64,000 bases of DNA. It comes from Macrostomum hystrix (Eukaryota > Animalia > Platyhelminthes). The notes under the pieces were generated by a model, which worked only from the letters and a program-made list of their open reading frames with translations, did not search any database and was not told the origin of the DNA. A program made the position numbers and the translations under genes. The DNA is taken from the NCBI GenBank assembly GCA_950097015.1, contig CATNEN010000008.1:1612001-1676000 (forward strand), read 5' to 3'. This document shows, one piece after another, positions 1 through 23,704 of the stretch. Within the stretch, counting starts at the first letter, position 1, and each line of letters opens with the position of its first letter.

Positions 1-523
1 GTCGACCATTTTCTCGTAGTCAAGAAGCCGAATATTGCGCTCAATCAGTGTGTCCAGTAGCGGCATGTTTTCTTCCTGTGCCTTGATTGTGTGAGAAAAG
101 AATGCATAGGTCTTGTCCGGCATCAGGCTTTGATAGTCTAGAGGAACCGGCTTAACACCGATGATCACTGGCGCCTCGGATATGTCTTCTTGAATGATGG
201 CGCCCGCTTGTAGGTATTCCTATTTGAAGATTTAAAAGTAGACTTGAACTTAAATTTATATAAATTAAATATTTGTTGTAAAATACATAAAAAGAGTAGC
301 TTACATTATGAGTGAAGGCTCGCCTGTTTGAGGGCTGAACAATGACCTTCACACCCTCCTTTACTAACCTCCTAACATGATTAGGTGAAAGAGGCGCTCT
401 TCGCTCCCACAGATTGATAGTTTCCCTACGTATAGCCAAGATCTTGTTCGAGCCATGATTGTCAACAAAGCTGCTTAGCAGGCGTCGCGCCTGAGTATGT
501 GGCAACTTTGGAAAGCGCCACAT
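1..523 (-). CDS. AASS: Alpha-aminoadipic semialdehyde synthase (LKR/SDH), 5' two exons; gene runs off the left edge
   Basis: Exon 523-305 encodes a presequence-like N-terminus plus [53 protein letters not shown] intron 304-220. Exon 219-1 encodes [64 protein letters not shown], the typical LKR N-terminal domain. Confidence 0.95.
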
Positions 524-3500
524 TTTTCGGGGATAAAGCTGTCCGAATTTTTGCTAAATAAGACTTCAGCTGCTTTCTAAAATACCTTTTTTGATTGACG
601 GAATAATCTACGTACAGGATTCAAAGCCATAAATAGGCAATTTTACGCTAGTCAAACTGACGCGCTAATACATAATAGAAACTTAGATAGCTATAACAAA
701 AGAATAACTCTAAAATTAAAATGGCAAAATTCGCGACAGCCAAATATAATGAAGAGAAAAAAACGTAACATTTACATGAATAAATTACTAATATTATTAT
801 GACATCTTTAACTTAAAAAACTCGTGTTTATTTATTCATCTTTGCATTCAATTTGGCATGCAATTCTTGCTTACATGTACATACGAGTATGAAGCCTTGT
901 GGATGCAATGAGTACAGTTCATTTTCTATCGTTGAGATCTTTTTCGCTTGGAAATATTTCTATATAGGTTTTCAACCCAGAAAGACTTACTAGAAACTAA
1001 TTTTCCGTTCTCCAAAAATGCACGCATTAAAAAAAGCAATTAAGTTAAGAAACAAGTTTACACTGGTATTAACAAGCAATGACTTCATGATGAGTGATGA
1101 ATGAACAAAATATTTTTTAATTCCTTTTATGTTTCATGTTTAGCTGAAATGTATTTTTAACTGTATTATTGCTTATACTTAGTTAACTGATTTTAGTTAT
1201 CTTACAGCTAGATTTTCTCCTAGATTCAGTTCATTGCATTTTCATATTAACTAATACAAATATAATTTTTGTCTGATACCTCATTTGGCATCCTTAAAAT
1301 CAACCAATTAAGTTTATGTATGACCAAAATGTTATTGCTTTCTGTAGGTTCCACCAAAGAGAATCAGTACTTGATAAAAACATAAAAATCAGAAGATGCA
1401 GTTTTCGTTTTTTATCAATAAGAAATTTATAAGAATTTTTATGACAATGCAAGTCCTAACTGCCTTTTAAGATGCAACAGGATAAATGAATTTCTCGCTC
1501 ATAACATAAATTGTACATATCTACAGGATGCTTCGTTGTTTTATAGTTTCAGTTTTGAATAAGATTAGAATGAAAACGCAATAGCTAATAAATGAAATAA
1601 TCAATGCTATTAATAAGATCATTTTCGTTCTTAACGTGTCCAGTTTTCTTTCATTTGATTAATATCTTTCAATCGTAACTCTTACTACAAGTAGAGTGAC
1701 AAGCTAACGTAACTCAATGAAACAGTAAGCGATTTTCTCACTACAAAGTATATGTAGTGTACTCGTAACTGTAATATCGTGTTTTTTATTTAGAAATATA
1801 AAAAAATCAGCACCTTTTTTTGGCCTGCGCATTAGATTTTATAAAATTAACATTTTAGTATTTTTTGTTATTATTTTAATTCTATATTAATGGTTTTCAA
1901 CAAACGAAAAAACGTCTTAATTGAATAAGACTTTGCGAAGGCAGCGAACCACTGTCATCCAGTTCGATTGCTATGTATAATGATCGAAAAATTTCACTTA
2001 GAAATGAACTATTCAATAGCCAGTATTTAAATAGAGATTCAACATTGTCCTGTCTGTCTCCGTTATGGTGTTGTTAGACAAGCGAGGCACTAATTAGGCC
2101 AAAGCGTTAATTGTTCCTGCGTTAACGCGTAAATAATAGATGGAAGCCTACTACGATATACTAATCAAAATAAAAGTCTCTGTTAAGATAGGCTTAATTT
2201 TTCACTATCAAATTGTGCATTCTATCTGCATCAATGTACGAGTAATAAAACTTTATGTGGCAGTCGTAGAAGGGCCCACGTGTTTATGTACGAGTATAAT
2301 GTTGTGTGCGTGAGGTCTCGACGCGCGCTCAGTTTGACGCACAGTTTTCGGAAGGAAATTTGTAACTCGTTCGCATATCATACTCATTAATCCAATTACA
2401 TAATTAGCAGCGATAACTGTAGTAAACCATATTTGTCCTTTTGCTAGCTGCAATATATTTCTATTTGATTCGTCGCCCGGCTCGTCGACTGACTGAGGCA
2501 ACAGATTTTATTAATCTCCAGGAAATTGCATTCCCGGCCTGTCATTTAGCGATGGATCCTATTTGGAGACTCGTTCTTCAGCTGCTTTGATAGCATTGTT
2601 CTATACAGGAAATCAAAGTTTGATTGTAAAATTACTGGGGGAGCCAGTTTCGGCTGGACGCGTTTGACTCGATCGTTATTGTTCTATGGGCTACTATAGA
2701 ATTTTATAATTAGAATTTTATCTAAAAATAACACAATGCTCTGATCGATTGGTTAAAGCCAAAAATGTATTACTGTGATATAGGCAGGCTTACACCAGTA
2801 CAGAAAATGCTAAAGTCTAAAGTCGAGCTTTATGCTGATCGGGAGCTCGAATCTTAGCCAAAGGAGGACAACTTGTGTCACCGAGTAAAACATTTCGTTC
2901 CGTTGAGCAGCTCCTGTTCTACCGGCTGTACGAGCTACAATGGCTATTAGCATCAGCCGGTTTAATAAGTATGGTGGGGTGTGGCGGCCTCCCCAGTCCA
3001 CAGACTGAACAGCTATACGCAGCCTTTGGAATTGTCTGGAGACTTGGAATCTGAAGACTGAAGAAAAGTGCTCTCCCATGGAATGCTAAAAACCACCGAA
3101 TATTAGATACAAGCGATATTCTGCGCTAACAACTGAATCATTTAAATTTAAACTGCATTTACGTGAATAAGATTTTGGCCATGGAAGATTAAACATCCCG
3201 CTAGAAAAACTCCACTAGAAGTATTATTGGTGCAAGTCCTTGAATACATGTATACTATAAAAATATGGACAGGTTGCTTAGGGCAGAAATAGGCGAAACG
3301 GTCGAGCCACATCTAGCCCATCATAATTACAACAACTAGGCAATACCATAATCGCCCGCTAGCTGCAACTGTCTATGGTCAAATTGCTTTCAATTTTATG
3401 TAGTGACTTCATTTCGCGCCCACTGTCCATGTCTATGGCATGAAATCATAGAAAAAGTAACTATAAGGTATTTTTAGCTTCAAGAATTCTTCTGTTTCTT

Positions 3501-4729
3501 GGGGTGCAGGGTGAAGCCCACACAATTAAACCATAGACATCATTTCATTGAGAAATGTCGCGTGTAAAAGAAATGATAAAATAATTTGTAATATATAAGC
3601 TTGCGGGCGGAGATTCTTTCTTAAATTACAAGCTATGGATGTTGCGCTATAAAGCCATAGACAAAAGCCATAGACATCGGATAGGTCATATGGACATCGG
3701 CCGCGAGCAAAAACCGTTGGTTTCATCCTCGTTTTGGCTCGCTCTGGCTTGGCATAATACAAAATTCGCGCACTCGTGACCAATAAATACATTCAAGCAC
3801 TAAAAAACCAAGTATATTGAATCCTATACTTGCACTGTTGAACTCGCTTAGAAAATGGACATAAGCCGTCCTCTATTTTGCTTTAAAAACCGGCATTAAT
3901 CGATTATTCTCCCCGATGTACATGTTCAGCCACTGAGGGTTCAGGATTTAACGGGAAGATCGAGCTCGTATTTTTGTCTTAACTTACCGCAAGCCAAAAG
4001 TTTCCACGCAGGATTCGTATAATGCCTCGCCTAGTTTAGAATGATTGATTGGCCCGGTATTTTTGAAAACAGCCTACGTACTCTTTCCTAGCTATTTAGT
4101 GCACCAGTTAGTTGCTAATCCTACACCATAGTCTAGTAGCCGCCGCGTTTCACTTCTGGATCTAATCTTGCTAGAATCCCCATAAATATTTCTAGGCACG
4201 CATACAGTAGCTATACAGTATGTGCATCATGATTTCATTAAAATTTCCTATCGACTCGACACAGGCGAGTCTATATATCTCTATCCATTTGCTGTCAGCT
4301 TCGAACTTTGATAAATTGTTTTTTTGGTTAAGACAGGTTAGAAAAGTTAGCTTTGCAATCAAATATAGTGCCAACAATAGCTATTTGGTAATTGTATTGG
4401 CTGTCACATTTATATCTACAAAAAAATAATGGGAAAATCTTTATCTATAGCTAAGAATGAGATATACTGAACGTGTTTGCAGATCGTGTCACAATACTAC
4501 CTCTATAGTCACTAAACAGCCAAGGTCTGTGCTAGATAATCCCAGACAGTTTCTGGATCCCAACCGATCCCCCTTAGCTACCCCCTCTCCTACCTCTCTC
4601 CCTCACCCCTCACTCTCTCCCTCAGTCTCTTTCTTCCCTCTTGCAAAGTAATCAGAGAATAATTTTTTGGACGGTCGGGAGGACGTTACTGGGGCCCGTG
4701 TTGTTGCTGGCTGCAGCACGATGTTGGGT

Positions 4730-4880
4730 GAGAGAGAGAGAGCGAGTGGGAACTGAAATTCGGGAGCAAGTACTTTGTACTTAGTCTACATCGGTCCCTT
4801 CGCTATATGCTTCACAAGCCTGTAGGCTTGTGTGCTGAATGCATATGCGCTTATAAAAGCTACGATCACTCTCTCTCTCT
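4730..4880 (+). promoter_or_regulatory. Possible core promoter upstream of the GPR158-like gene
   Basis: GAGA tract at about 4730, 20-bp palindrome CACAAGCCT-GT-AGGCTTGTG at 4813-4832, TATAAAAG at 4852-4859, CT-rich tract downstream. No transcript evidence. Confidence 0.3.
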
Positions 4881-5672
4881 TCTTCCTCCACTTTTTTTTC
4901 AGAGACGCTCCATTTTCCTTCCCTCGACGTCCCTGCCTCTATAGATCCTTGACACTCGGGAAGCTCCTGTAGGCCCCTGCTTGCATTTGCTTTCTTTCCC
5001 TTGAGCTCTCCCCTAGCTGAGTCCGCAGTCCCATTTTGCCGTCTCCTGCTGCCATGTCGCGCGAACTAAATCTTTTTACTTTATAGCTAAACTCCTGTAG
5101 CTCCCTGAAATATTCCACCCTCCGTTCTTGCCCTGCCCCGTTTACCAGCCACACCAACCCCATTTAGTCCGCGGGCCTTCCAGACAGGGGAGCACTCTAC
5201 CAGGCTTCCCTCACCCCGTCTCCGTGGGCCCTATCCCCTCCTCCAGCCAACCCTCTCCCCCCGTGGCGGTACCCCCCTACCTCCGCCCTCTCCCCCTCTC
5301 CCAACAGCGCGACCTGCCGACCTCCCCCTGCCAAACAGCGCCGCCGACTCCGTCACTCGCAGAAGCGAGACACAACTGCTCAGCATCCCAGTTTCTCCTC
5401 TTCTCTCTCACTCACTCTCTTCCTTCTTCTCCCAGCAGCCCGTCTGCCTGCGGTGCCTGGCTCTCCTTTTCTCTCTGTGCTTATAAAAATTTCTGTCCTA
5501 TATCTCTCGCCCCCTCTTTCTGCTCTTTCCAATAGCGGCTATACCGAGCAACCAGCTAGCAGCACACACCAGCCGTCTGCCAAACATCTAACAGTTAGTC
5601 TCTGCCATCTAGCTAGATTGTTAAAAATAATACAATTCTCCTTGACGTCTTCAAAGACAAATCCAATGAGCC

Positions 5673-15711
<10,039 letters not shown>

Positions 15712-16680
15712 TTAAGCTAAAGCTACTCCGGAGACTTACGGCCAGATAATTTACCTTCCATCACTATTACAGCGACACAAGAACAACTTTGAATTTTTAA
15801 AGCCATAAATTTATAAATGAAAGTTCATTTTGCATGACTAAACAACAAAAAAAACAAAAAAATCTTTTAAAATATCACTTTTAAATTGCAAGTTGAAGTA
15901 ATGAGCGCTTACATTTAGTGACAAGTCTTTGAAGTTCGATTAGACAAAGACATTTTCCTTGTTGCTATTTATAGAAGTCTTTTGAGGGAAACCCATTTTT
16001 GATCATGACCAATCAAATTTTGAGGGCTGATATATTCACCTAATTTGAGCGCATTTTTGCATAAATCGATGACTGTTAGTAATCGGTAAAAATACTTTAT
16101 TCATCATCTAAGTGAAACAGCTCTCCCATCTCCGCCTACGATATCCTATTTGTCTATCCACAAATTATTGATTGTTTTCACATAATTATGCTTAAATATG
16201 TCTGTACCGGAAAATGCAAGCAGTCATCTTAGTTTGTAATGTTTGGTTCGTTACATATAGCTACTAAGCTTTTGATTTCGAACTAAGAAAGCAGAGAGGC
16301 TAGTCATTTTCTTGTTGCTCTTTTTCAATGCAAGTAAGCAATGTACACACACTCAATATTCGAATTCTGTTTAAAAATATATAAACTTTCTTGAATGCAA
16401 GCCTTAATGTTGTTTCGATCATCTCGTACAATGAGAATACATCTGAAATTCTTTTGATTGAAACAGTTAAATAGCGCATCTAGAAATTCTGGCGTTATAT
16501 TGCATCTCCGCTTAACACCATTTTATCCAGTGATGCAACTAGAAAATCATCTTATGGGTAACTATTTCTTACGGTCTGATAATTTTGACAGTTAGTGAGA
16601 GTCAGGCAGTCAGTGAGACATTCGGTCAGAATCAGAGAATTGTGCTGAGAGTCAGCAACGGAGTTCCAGTACATTCACAG

Positions 16681-19600
16681 TCACACCCAGCTTCTGTCAG
16701 TCGCGGCGGGATTCCGTCTGCCGCCGATGCTCCTGCCGGTTCTGCTGAATGGCGAGGGCGTCGGAGTGGGCCGCCGCGGCGTAAGCAGAATGGCGACATC
16801 GGCGTTGCCGCCGCCGCCGCCGAAGATGACGTCATTGCTAGCGTAGGCTGGTTCGGCAACAACCGCACAGCCAGCCAGGCCTGCCAGCGTGCGCAGAAGT
16901 TCCCGACGGAATCGGCCGCTGAACATGCAGTAGGGCACAATGTTGATGGCGGAGTTCGCCACCACCAGCAGGTTGGACACCTCCTGGAAGACGAAGTTGG
17001 CCAGGTCATCCTTCTCCTGGCAGTCGCCGCCGCTTTCCCTGACGTCCCGCAGCTGCTTGGTGCTCCAGATGAAGTGGGTCAGCGCGGCAGGGATTTGGCA
17101 GACGAAGAACAACACCACCACACCGATCAGCATCCCGGTGGTGTCGCCGCGACAGGCCTCGTTGGCGTTGATTCGTCGACGCGCCCGACGTACCGCCCGG
17201 ATTAGGAAGGTGTTCATAACGGCCAGACTGACGAAGGGAATCAGCACCACCAGCAGCAGCCAGGCAACCAGGTGATAATAGACTCGAAAGGCTGAGGACT
17301 GGCCAAAGCTGGAGGTGTGATACCACAGCACCCCGGCGTCTCTGAGGTAGCGAACCTGGTCCATGCGGGCGCGCCAGGCGGGCTCGCCGTAGCGCTGCAG
17401 AAGTCGAATCTCCAGGTGGGCCAGATCCTGACTGGTCATGTTGCGCAGGTAGGCAGGCGCCTCGGTGCGCCACAGTTCCTGCTCGAAGAAGCGAGGCACC
17501 GAGTAGATAGCGGAGCCGACAAACACCGCGGCGACCACGCGACCAACCAGGCGTCTACTGCAGAGACGCTCGGCTAGGAACGGGTGACAGATCATCAGGT
17601 AGCGATCGGTTGTGAATGCCACAGTCAGCCACACGGATGCCACCTAGCGTTTTTGACAAAAGTGTAAACGCAACTGTAAAAATTTGCGCCAAGAAAACTC
17701 ATCTTTGTTGAACTGACCTTTTAAGACCCACAAAATTGCGTCATTAAAAAGAATTAGTACTTGATGCTTGGCTTTCTAAGAATCAGTACTTGATGCTTGG
17801 CTTACTAAGAATCAGTACTTGATGCTTGGCTTACTAAGAATCAGTACTTGATGCTTGGCTTTCTAAGAATCAGTACTTGATGCTTGGCTTACTAAGAATC
17901 AGTACTTGATGCTTGGCTTACTAAGAATCAGTACTTGATGCTTGGCTTTCTAAGAATCAGTACTTGATGCTTGGCTTTCTAAGAATCAGTACTTGATGCT
18001 TGGCTTTCTAAGAATCAGTACTTGATGCTTGGCTTTCTAAGAATCAGTACTTGATGCTTGGCTTTCTAAGAAGCAGTACTTGATGCTTGGCTTTCTAAGA
18101 ATCAGTACTTGATGCTTGGCTTTCTAAGAATCAGTACTTGATGCTTGGCTTACTAAGAATCAGTACTTGATGCTTGGCTTTCTAAGAATCAGTACTTGAT
18201 TCTTGGCTTTCTAAGAATCAGTACTTGATGCTTGGCTTTCTAAGAAGCAGTACTTGATGCTTGGCTTTCTAAGAATCAGTACTTGATGCTTGGCTTTCTA
18301 AGAATCAGTACTTGATGCTTGGCTTTCTAAGAATCAGTACTTGATGCTTGGCTTACTAAGAATCAGTACTTGATGCTTGGCTTACTAAGAATCAGTACTT
18401 GATGCTTGGCTTTCTAAGAATCAGTACTTGATGCTTGGCTTACTAAGAATCAGTACTTGATGCTTGGCTTACTAAGAATCAGTACTTGATGCTTGGCTTA
18501 CTAAGAATCAGTACTTGATGCTTGGCTTACTAAGAATCAGTACTTGATGCTTGGCTTACTAAGAAGCAGTACTTAATACTTATACTTTCTAAGAATAATT
18601 TCATGATTGCCAAGCTCAGAAAGAGAAAGGTTTAAAGTTTTTTGTCAATTCCTGACTGTCACCCATTGAGTCTAAAAGGACAAGTTTCTCGCTGATGAGT
18701 CTAGCGAAAGCAAATTAGCGGCAAAGGGCCACTGGAACATCCACTTCTGCAACGGCGCATTAGGCAGCTGAATTACAGAGTGCCATGGAGACAGAAACCA
18801 ACTCAACTACAGGGTATGGAGAGAGGCGAAAGACGAGAGTCCTCTAACTGTGCTGTCTGTGTAAGACAAACTGAATGTATTGCTTAAATTACTAAGGAAT
18901 AGAGCTGTCAGTTCAGGGTGTCTGTCAGTTCAGGTGTCTGTCAGTTCGGGTGTCTGTCAGTTCGGGGTGTCTGTCAGTTCAGGGTGTCTGTCAGTTCAGG
19001 GTGTCTGTCAGTTCAGGTGTTTGTCAGTTCGGGTGTCTGTCAGTTCGGGGTGTCTGTCAGTTCAGGGTGTCTGTCAGTTCAGGGTGTCTGTCAGTTCAGG
19101 TGTCTGTCAGTTCGGGGTGTCTGTCAGTTCGGGGTGTCTGTCAGTTTTGGGTGTCTGTCTGTTCAGGGTGTCTGTCAGTTTTGGGTGTCTGTCTGTCTAT
19201 TCTGCAGGTCTGTTCCGATATGCTAGGAGCGCGGAATGATATTCAGATCCGAGACTTTGAGATTCCCTGAAAGTGACGGATCAGGCTGAGCTGTGAGCCT
19301 AATTAGATTTGCGCCGAAGCCCTGCGCCCAAACCCTTGTCTTTTTGGCCAAAAAATGTTCCGTCCGAGAATTCTCTTCTTTCCTTGAGCAATGTACCGCT
19401 CTGCCCCCTATTGCCATTTCCGTTGATGATACATCTGGGATTTGTGAAAAACTCCCAAATCTGAAATTTAATGCTGAACCCATTTTAATGCTGAAGTTTA
19501 TGCTATAATTATCTAGGATAAACAAGCATTCAGATTTTATAGACTGTAGGAGAGGGGAAAGTAAAAAACAACAATGTTTTCTTATTTGCGATTGCTTTTC

Positions 19601-22383
19601 CAATAGTGCATAGTACGAGTTAAGTTATGCCCTCTATTTGTGTCTCTCATCTATTCGAAATACTGAATTAATCTAGGAACATCCTACACCCGCCAATCCT
19701 AAACCAGCCAATCCTACACCAGCCAATCCTACACCAGCCAATCCTACACCCGCCAATCCTAAACCAGCCATTCCTACACCAGCCAATCCTAAACCAGCCA
19801 ATCCTACACCAACCATTCCTACACCAGCCATTCCTACACCAGCCAATCCTACACCAGCCAATCCTAAACCAGCCAATCCTACACCAACCATTCCTACACC
19901 AGCCATTCCTACACCAGCCAATCCTACACCAGCCAATCCTACACCAGCCAATCCTAAACCAGCCATTCCTACACCAGCCATTCCTACACCAGCCAATCCT
20001 AAACCAACCAATCCTACACCCACCATTCCTACACCAGCCAATCCTACACCAGCCAATCCTAAACCAGCCATTCCTACACCAGCCATTCCTACACCAGCCA
20101 ATCCTAAACCAGCCAATCCTACACCAGACAATCCTACACTAGCCAATCCTACACCAGCCATTCCTACACCAGCCAATCCTACACCAGCCAATCCTACACC
20201 AGCCAATCCTACACCAGCCAATCCTACACCAGCCAATCCTACACCAGCCAATCCTACACCAGCCAATCCTACACCAGCCAATCCTACACCAGCCATTCCT
20301 ACACCAGCCAATCCTAAACCAGCCAATCCTACACCAGCCAATCCTAAACCAGCCAATCCTACACCCACCATTCCTACACCAGCCAATCCTACACCAGCCA
20401 ATCCTACACCAGCCAATCCTGCACCAGCCAATCCTACACCAGCCAATCCTACACCAGCCATTCCTACACCAGCCAATCCTACACCAGCCAATCCTACACC
20501 CGCCAATCCTAAACCAGCCATTCCTACACCAGCCAATCCTACACCAGCCAATCCTACACCAGCCAATCCTACACCAGCCATTCCTACACCAGCCATTCCT
20601 ACACCAGCCAATCCTAAACCAGCCAAATTTTACACCAGCAAATCCTACACCAGCCATTCCTACACCAGCCATTCCTACACCAGCCAATCCTAAACCAGCC
20701 AATCCTACACCCACCATTCCTACACCAGCCAATCCTAAACCAGCCAATCCTACACCAACCATTCCTACACCAGCCAATCCTAAACCAGCCAATCCTACAC
20801 CAGCCAATCCTAAACCAGCCATTCCTACACCAGCCAATCCTACACCAGCCAATCCTACACCAGCCATTCCTACACCAGCCAATCCTAAACCAGCCATTCC
20901 TACACCAGCCAATCCTACACCAGCCAATCCTACACCAGCCATTCCTACACCAGCCAATCCTAAACCAGCCATTCCTAAACCAGCCAATCCTACACCAGCC
21001 AATCCTACACCAGCCAATCCTACACCAGCCATTCCTACACCAGCCAATCCTAAACCAGCCAATCCTACACCAGCCATTCCTACACCAGCCAATCCTAAAC
21101 CAGCCATTCCTACACCAGCCAATCCTACACCAGCCAATCCTACACCAGCCATTCCTACACCAGCCAATCCTAAACCAGCCATTCCTACACCAGCCAATCC
21201 TACACCAGCCAATCCTACACCAGCCAATCCTACACCAGCCATTCCTACACCAGCAAATCCTACACCAGCCAATCGTAAACCAGCCATTCCTACACCAGCC
21301 ATTCCTACACCAGCCATTCCTACACCAGCCATTCCTACACCAGCCATTCCTACACCAGCGAATCCTACACCAGCCAATCCTACACCAGCCAATCCTAAAC
21401 CAGCCATTCCTACACCAGCCAATCCTACACCAGCCATTCTTACACCAGCCAATCCTAAACCAGCCATTCCTACACCAGCCATTCCTACACCAGCCAATCC
21501 TACACCAGCCAATCCTACACCAGCCAATCCTACACCAGCCAATCCTACACCAGCCAATCCTACACCAGCCATTCCTACACCAGCCAATCCTAAACCAGCC
21601 AATCCTACACCAGCCATTCCTACACCAGCCAATCCTAAACCAGCCATTCCTACACCAGCCAATCCTACACCAGCCAATCCTACACCAGCCATTCCTACAC
21701 CAGCCAATCCTAAACCAGCCATTCCTACACCAGCCAATCCTACACCAGCCAATCCTACACCAGCCAATCCTACACCAGCCATTCCTACACCAGCAAATCC
21801 TACACCAGCCAATCGTAAACCAGCCATTCCTACACCAGCCATTCCTACACCAGCCATTCCTACACCAGCCATTCCTACACCAGCCATTCCTACACCAGCG
21901 AATCCTACACCAGCCATTCCTACACCAGCCAATCCTACACCAGCAAATCCTACACCAGCCAATCGTAAACCAGCCAATCAGACAGCAGCCAATCCTACCC
22001 CAGCCAACCCCAGCCCCTCGCGCTGTCACCTGAAACAGAAGGTTGAATGCGTGCGAATAAATATAGACGTGCGGCAGCCAGCGAAAGTCGCTCCACACGA
22101 CATAGTCCTGCTGATCGTGCTGAGCCCGAGTGTCCTTGAGGAAGACCAGAAGTGACATGATCAGTACGCTGGTATCAGCGAACGCCAGTGCTATCAGGTA
22201 CAGATTTGTTGTACTGTGCCGCATGCTACGCTTGCTCAGCACGGCCAGTGACAGGAGGTTAGCAGCAACACCGATGCAACAGACACTGGTGCCGCAGCAG
22301 CCCACAAGGTAGTAGGATAGAGTCCTGGCCCTTGTTATCGCCTCTTGCGAGTCGGTTTGATTCAATGCCGATTCCAAAGGCAT
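16681..22383 (-). CDS. Rhodopsin-family neuropeptide GPCR, FMRFamide-receptor-like (about 438 aa, 2 exons)
   Basis: Exon 22383-22030 (TM1-TM3: GVAANLLSLAVL, NLYLIALAFAD) ends TTTCAG|GTGACA. Exon 17643-16681 begins after CTAG (VASVWLTVAFTTDRYLMICHP; PRFFE; FFVCQIP; NLLVVANSAINIVPYC). Phase 0 join; 1317 nt. Confidence 0.9.
17755..18590. repeat. 29-bp satellite (AAGAATCAGTACTTGATGCTTGGCTT[T/A]CT), about 29 copies, GPCR intron
   Basis: Directly visible and highly homogeneous. Confidence 0.97.
18905..19200. repeat. 17-18-bp minisatellite (GGTGTCTGTCAGTTC[A/G]G)
   Basis: Directly visible. Confidence 0.92.
19680..22010. repeat. 15-bp satellite (CCAGCCAATCCTACA), about 155 copies, GPCR intron
   Basis: Directly visible; gives rise to the long GVGLA/GWCRI pseudo-ORFs. 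Confidence 0.98.
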
Positions 22384-22620
22384 TTGACTTGATTGATGGA
22401 ATAATTTTACTCGAAATATAACAAACCGTGATTATTCTGCAGATTATTAAGAAAAACTAGCCCTAAAAACCGAAATCCCAATCCATATATATGCGAAATA
22501 ATAGGAAGAATTGAACAGCCAATCGGAGATCAGATTGACAGATGCACAAAATCAGCGTCCAAGTTCTGGGATATGGGATATTTTACATCTCACCGCAGAC
22601 GACAATGAAGATAATATGGA

Positions 22621-22955
22621 GGTGGCAGAGAGGTCTAACGCGTTTGCCTCTCGCACCAAGGTCCCTGAGCTCGATTCCGCGGCGAGGCCACATTTACTCG
22701 TATTTGGACGTAACTTACGAGTAAATTGTCGTGCAATTTACGCAGTTGAGGGCCAAGGCACATCGAAAGTGTACACTGCCTGAAGATGAGAAAGTCAGGG
22801 CAGATGCACACACCTGTGTGAGCGTGTGCCTGCGTACGGTATCTGTGTGCGTGTGTGCTCAGGAGTCAGCGAAATGCGCAGAATGGTCTCCACGCTGGCT
22901 GCGGGTCCAGTGTCACCAAATGATGTGCCATTGTCTACAGCCCTCCTGCTAAACT
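22621..22955 (+). mobile_element. tRNA-derived SINE family A, most complete copy
   Basis: Head GGTGGCAGAGAGGTCTAACGCG (A-box-like) ... GAGCTCGATTCC (B-box-like), then a body shared with at least six other loci in the window. Confidence 0.85.
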
Positions 22956-23429
22956 TATTTCTATTAGGAGATTTGATAGATTCATAGATGGACGGATTGG
23001 ATTCTAATTATTGGAAGTATCCTGTCACCTCAAAAATGATGCTACTGCAGCGCTTTTTAATTCCAGAATTAGACTTTTTTCAAATCCTCGAAACAGCATC
23101 AAATATGTAAACAGCAAAGCTAGTGACGATAAACAAGTACGAAGTAGAGCTAAAATGTTTGACGTTCTTGGGTTGATTGGCATGGCAATTTTCTAGTTTG
23201 TGCTCCCATTTTTAATTAGGCAAGTCTCAAAATATCCCGACTGACAACAAGCTCAATTCAGTTTTGAGCTGTCTTAAAATTTTTTATATTAAATTGCACT
23301 CACGCAGGAGTTTTGCAAATTTCGGTCAGGAAGTTTCGTCTTTACTACGAGGTAAAAAAAGAACACGAAAACGAGCATACGAACATAGATTTCTTCACTA
23401 CAGATTTCCAGCTGTTACTACTCGTAGTA

Positions 23430-23690
23430 GGGCTGAAGTGGCAGGGTGTTTAAAGCGCTCTCCTCTCGCACCCCAACAATTTGAGCCGAAGCCCTATAGA
23501 AAAGGCTTGTAGGATTGCAGTTCAACACGTGTCCTTGAGACTAACCTCAAGGCACAGTGAGAGTGTACGTACACAACCTGACAATTAAAAAAGTCAGGGC
23601 AGATGTGCAAACCTGTTAAAGTGAATGAATGCGTACCGTATCTGTGTGTTTGTGTCCTCTCGTTGGCTGCGGGTCGACTGTCTCAGAAAG
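23430..23690 (+). mobile_element. SINE family A, degenerate copy
   Basis: AAGGCACAGTGAGAGTGTAC..AAAGTCAGGGCAGATG..GCTGCGGGTCGACTGTC matches the family A body. Confidence 0.6.
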
Positions 23691-23704
23691 AGGAGAGGAG
23701 AGTG

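Noticed and set aside
2253-3792. Three minus-strand ORFs of 82-89 aa as exons of a hidden gene
   Set aside because: No recognisable domain, and I could not join them with frame-compatible splice sites.
17755-18590. CRISPR-like array (29-bp repeats); likewise the arrays at 41470-43605 and 56850-57435
   Set aside because: Units are head-to-tail with no unique spacers, there are no cas genes, and the context is eukaryotic introns or intergenic DNA.
19673-21977. Long ORFs (GVGLA)n and (GWCRI)n as structural protein genes
   Set aside because: They arise from a stop-free 15-bp unit inside the GPCR intron, with no flanking domain or splice support.
22621-22692. tRNA genes at SINE heads (also 49070-49125 and 60830-60920)
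   Set aside because: A and B boxes are present, but no complete cloverleaf or anticodon arm, and each is fused to a repeated SINE body.
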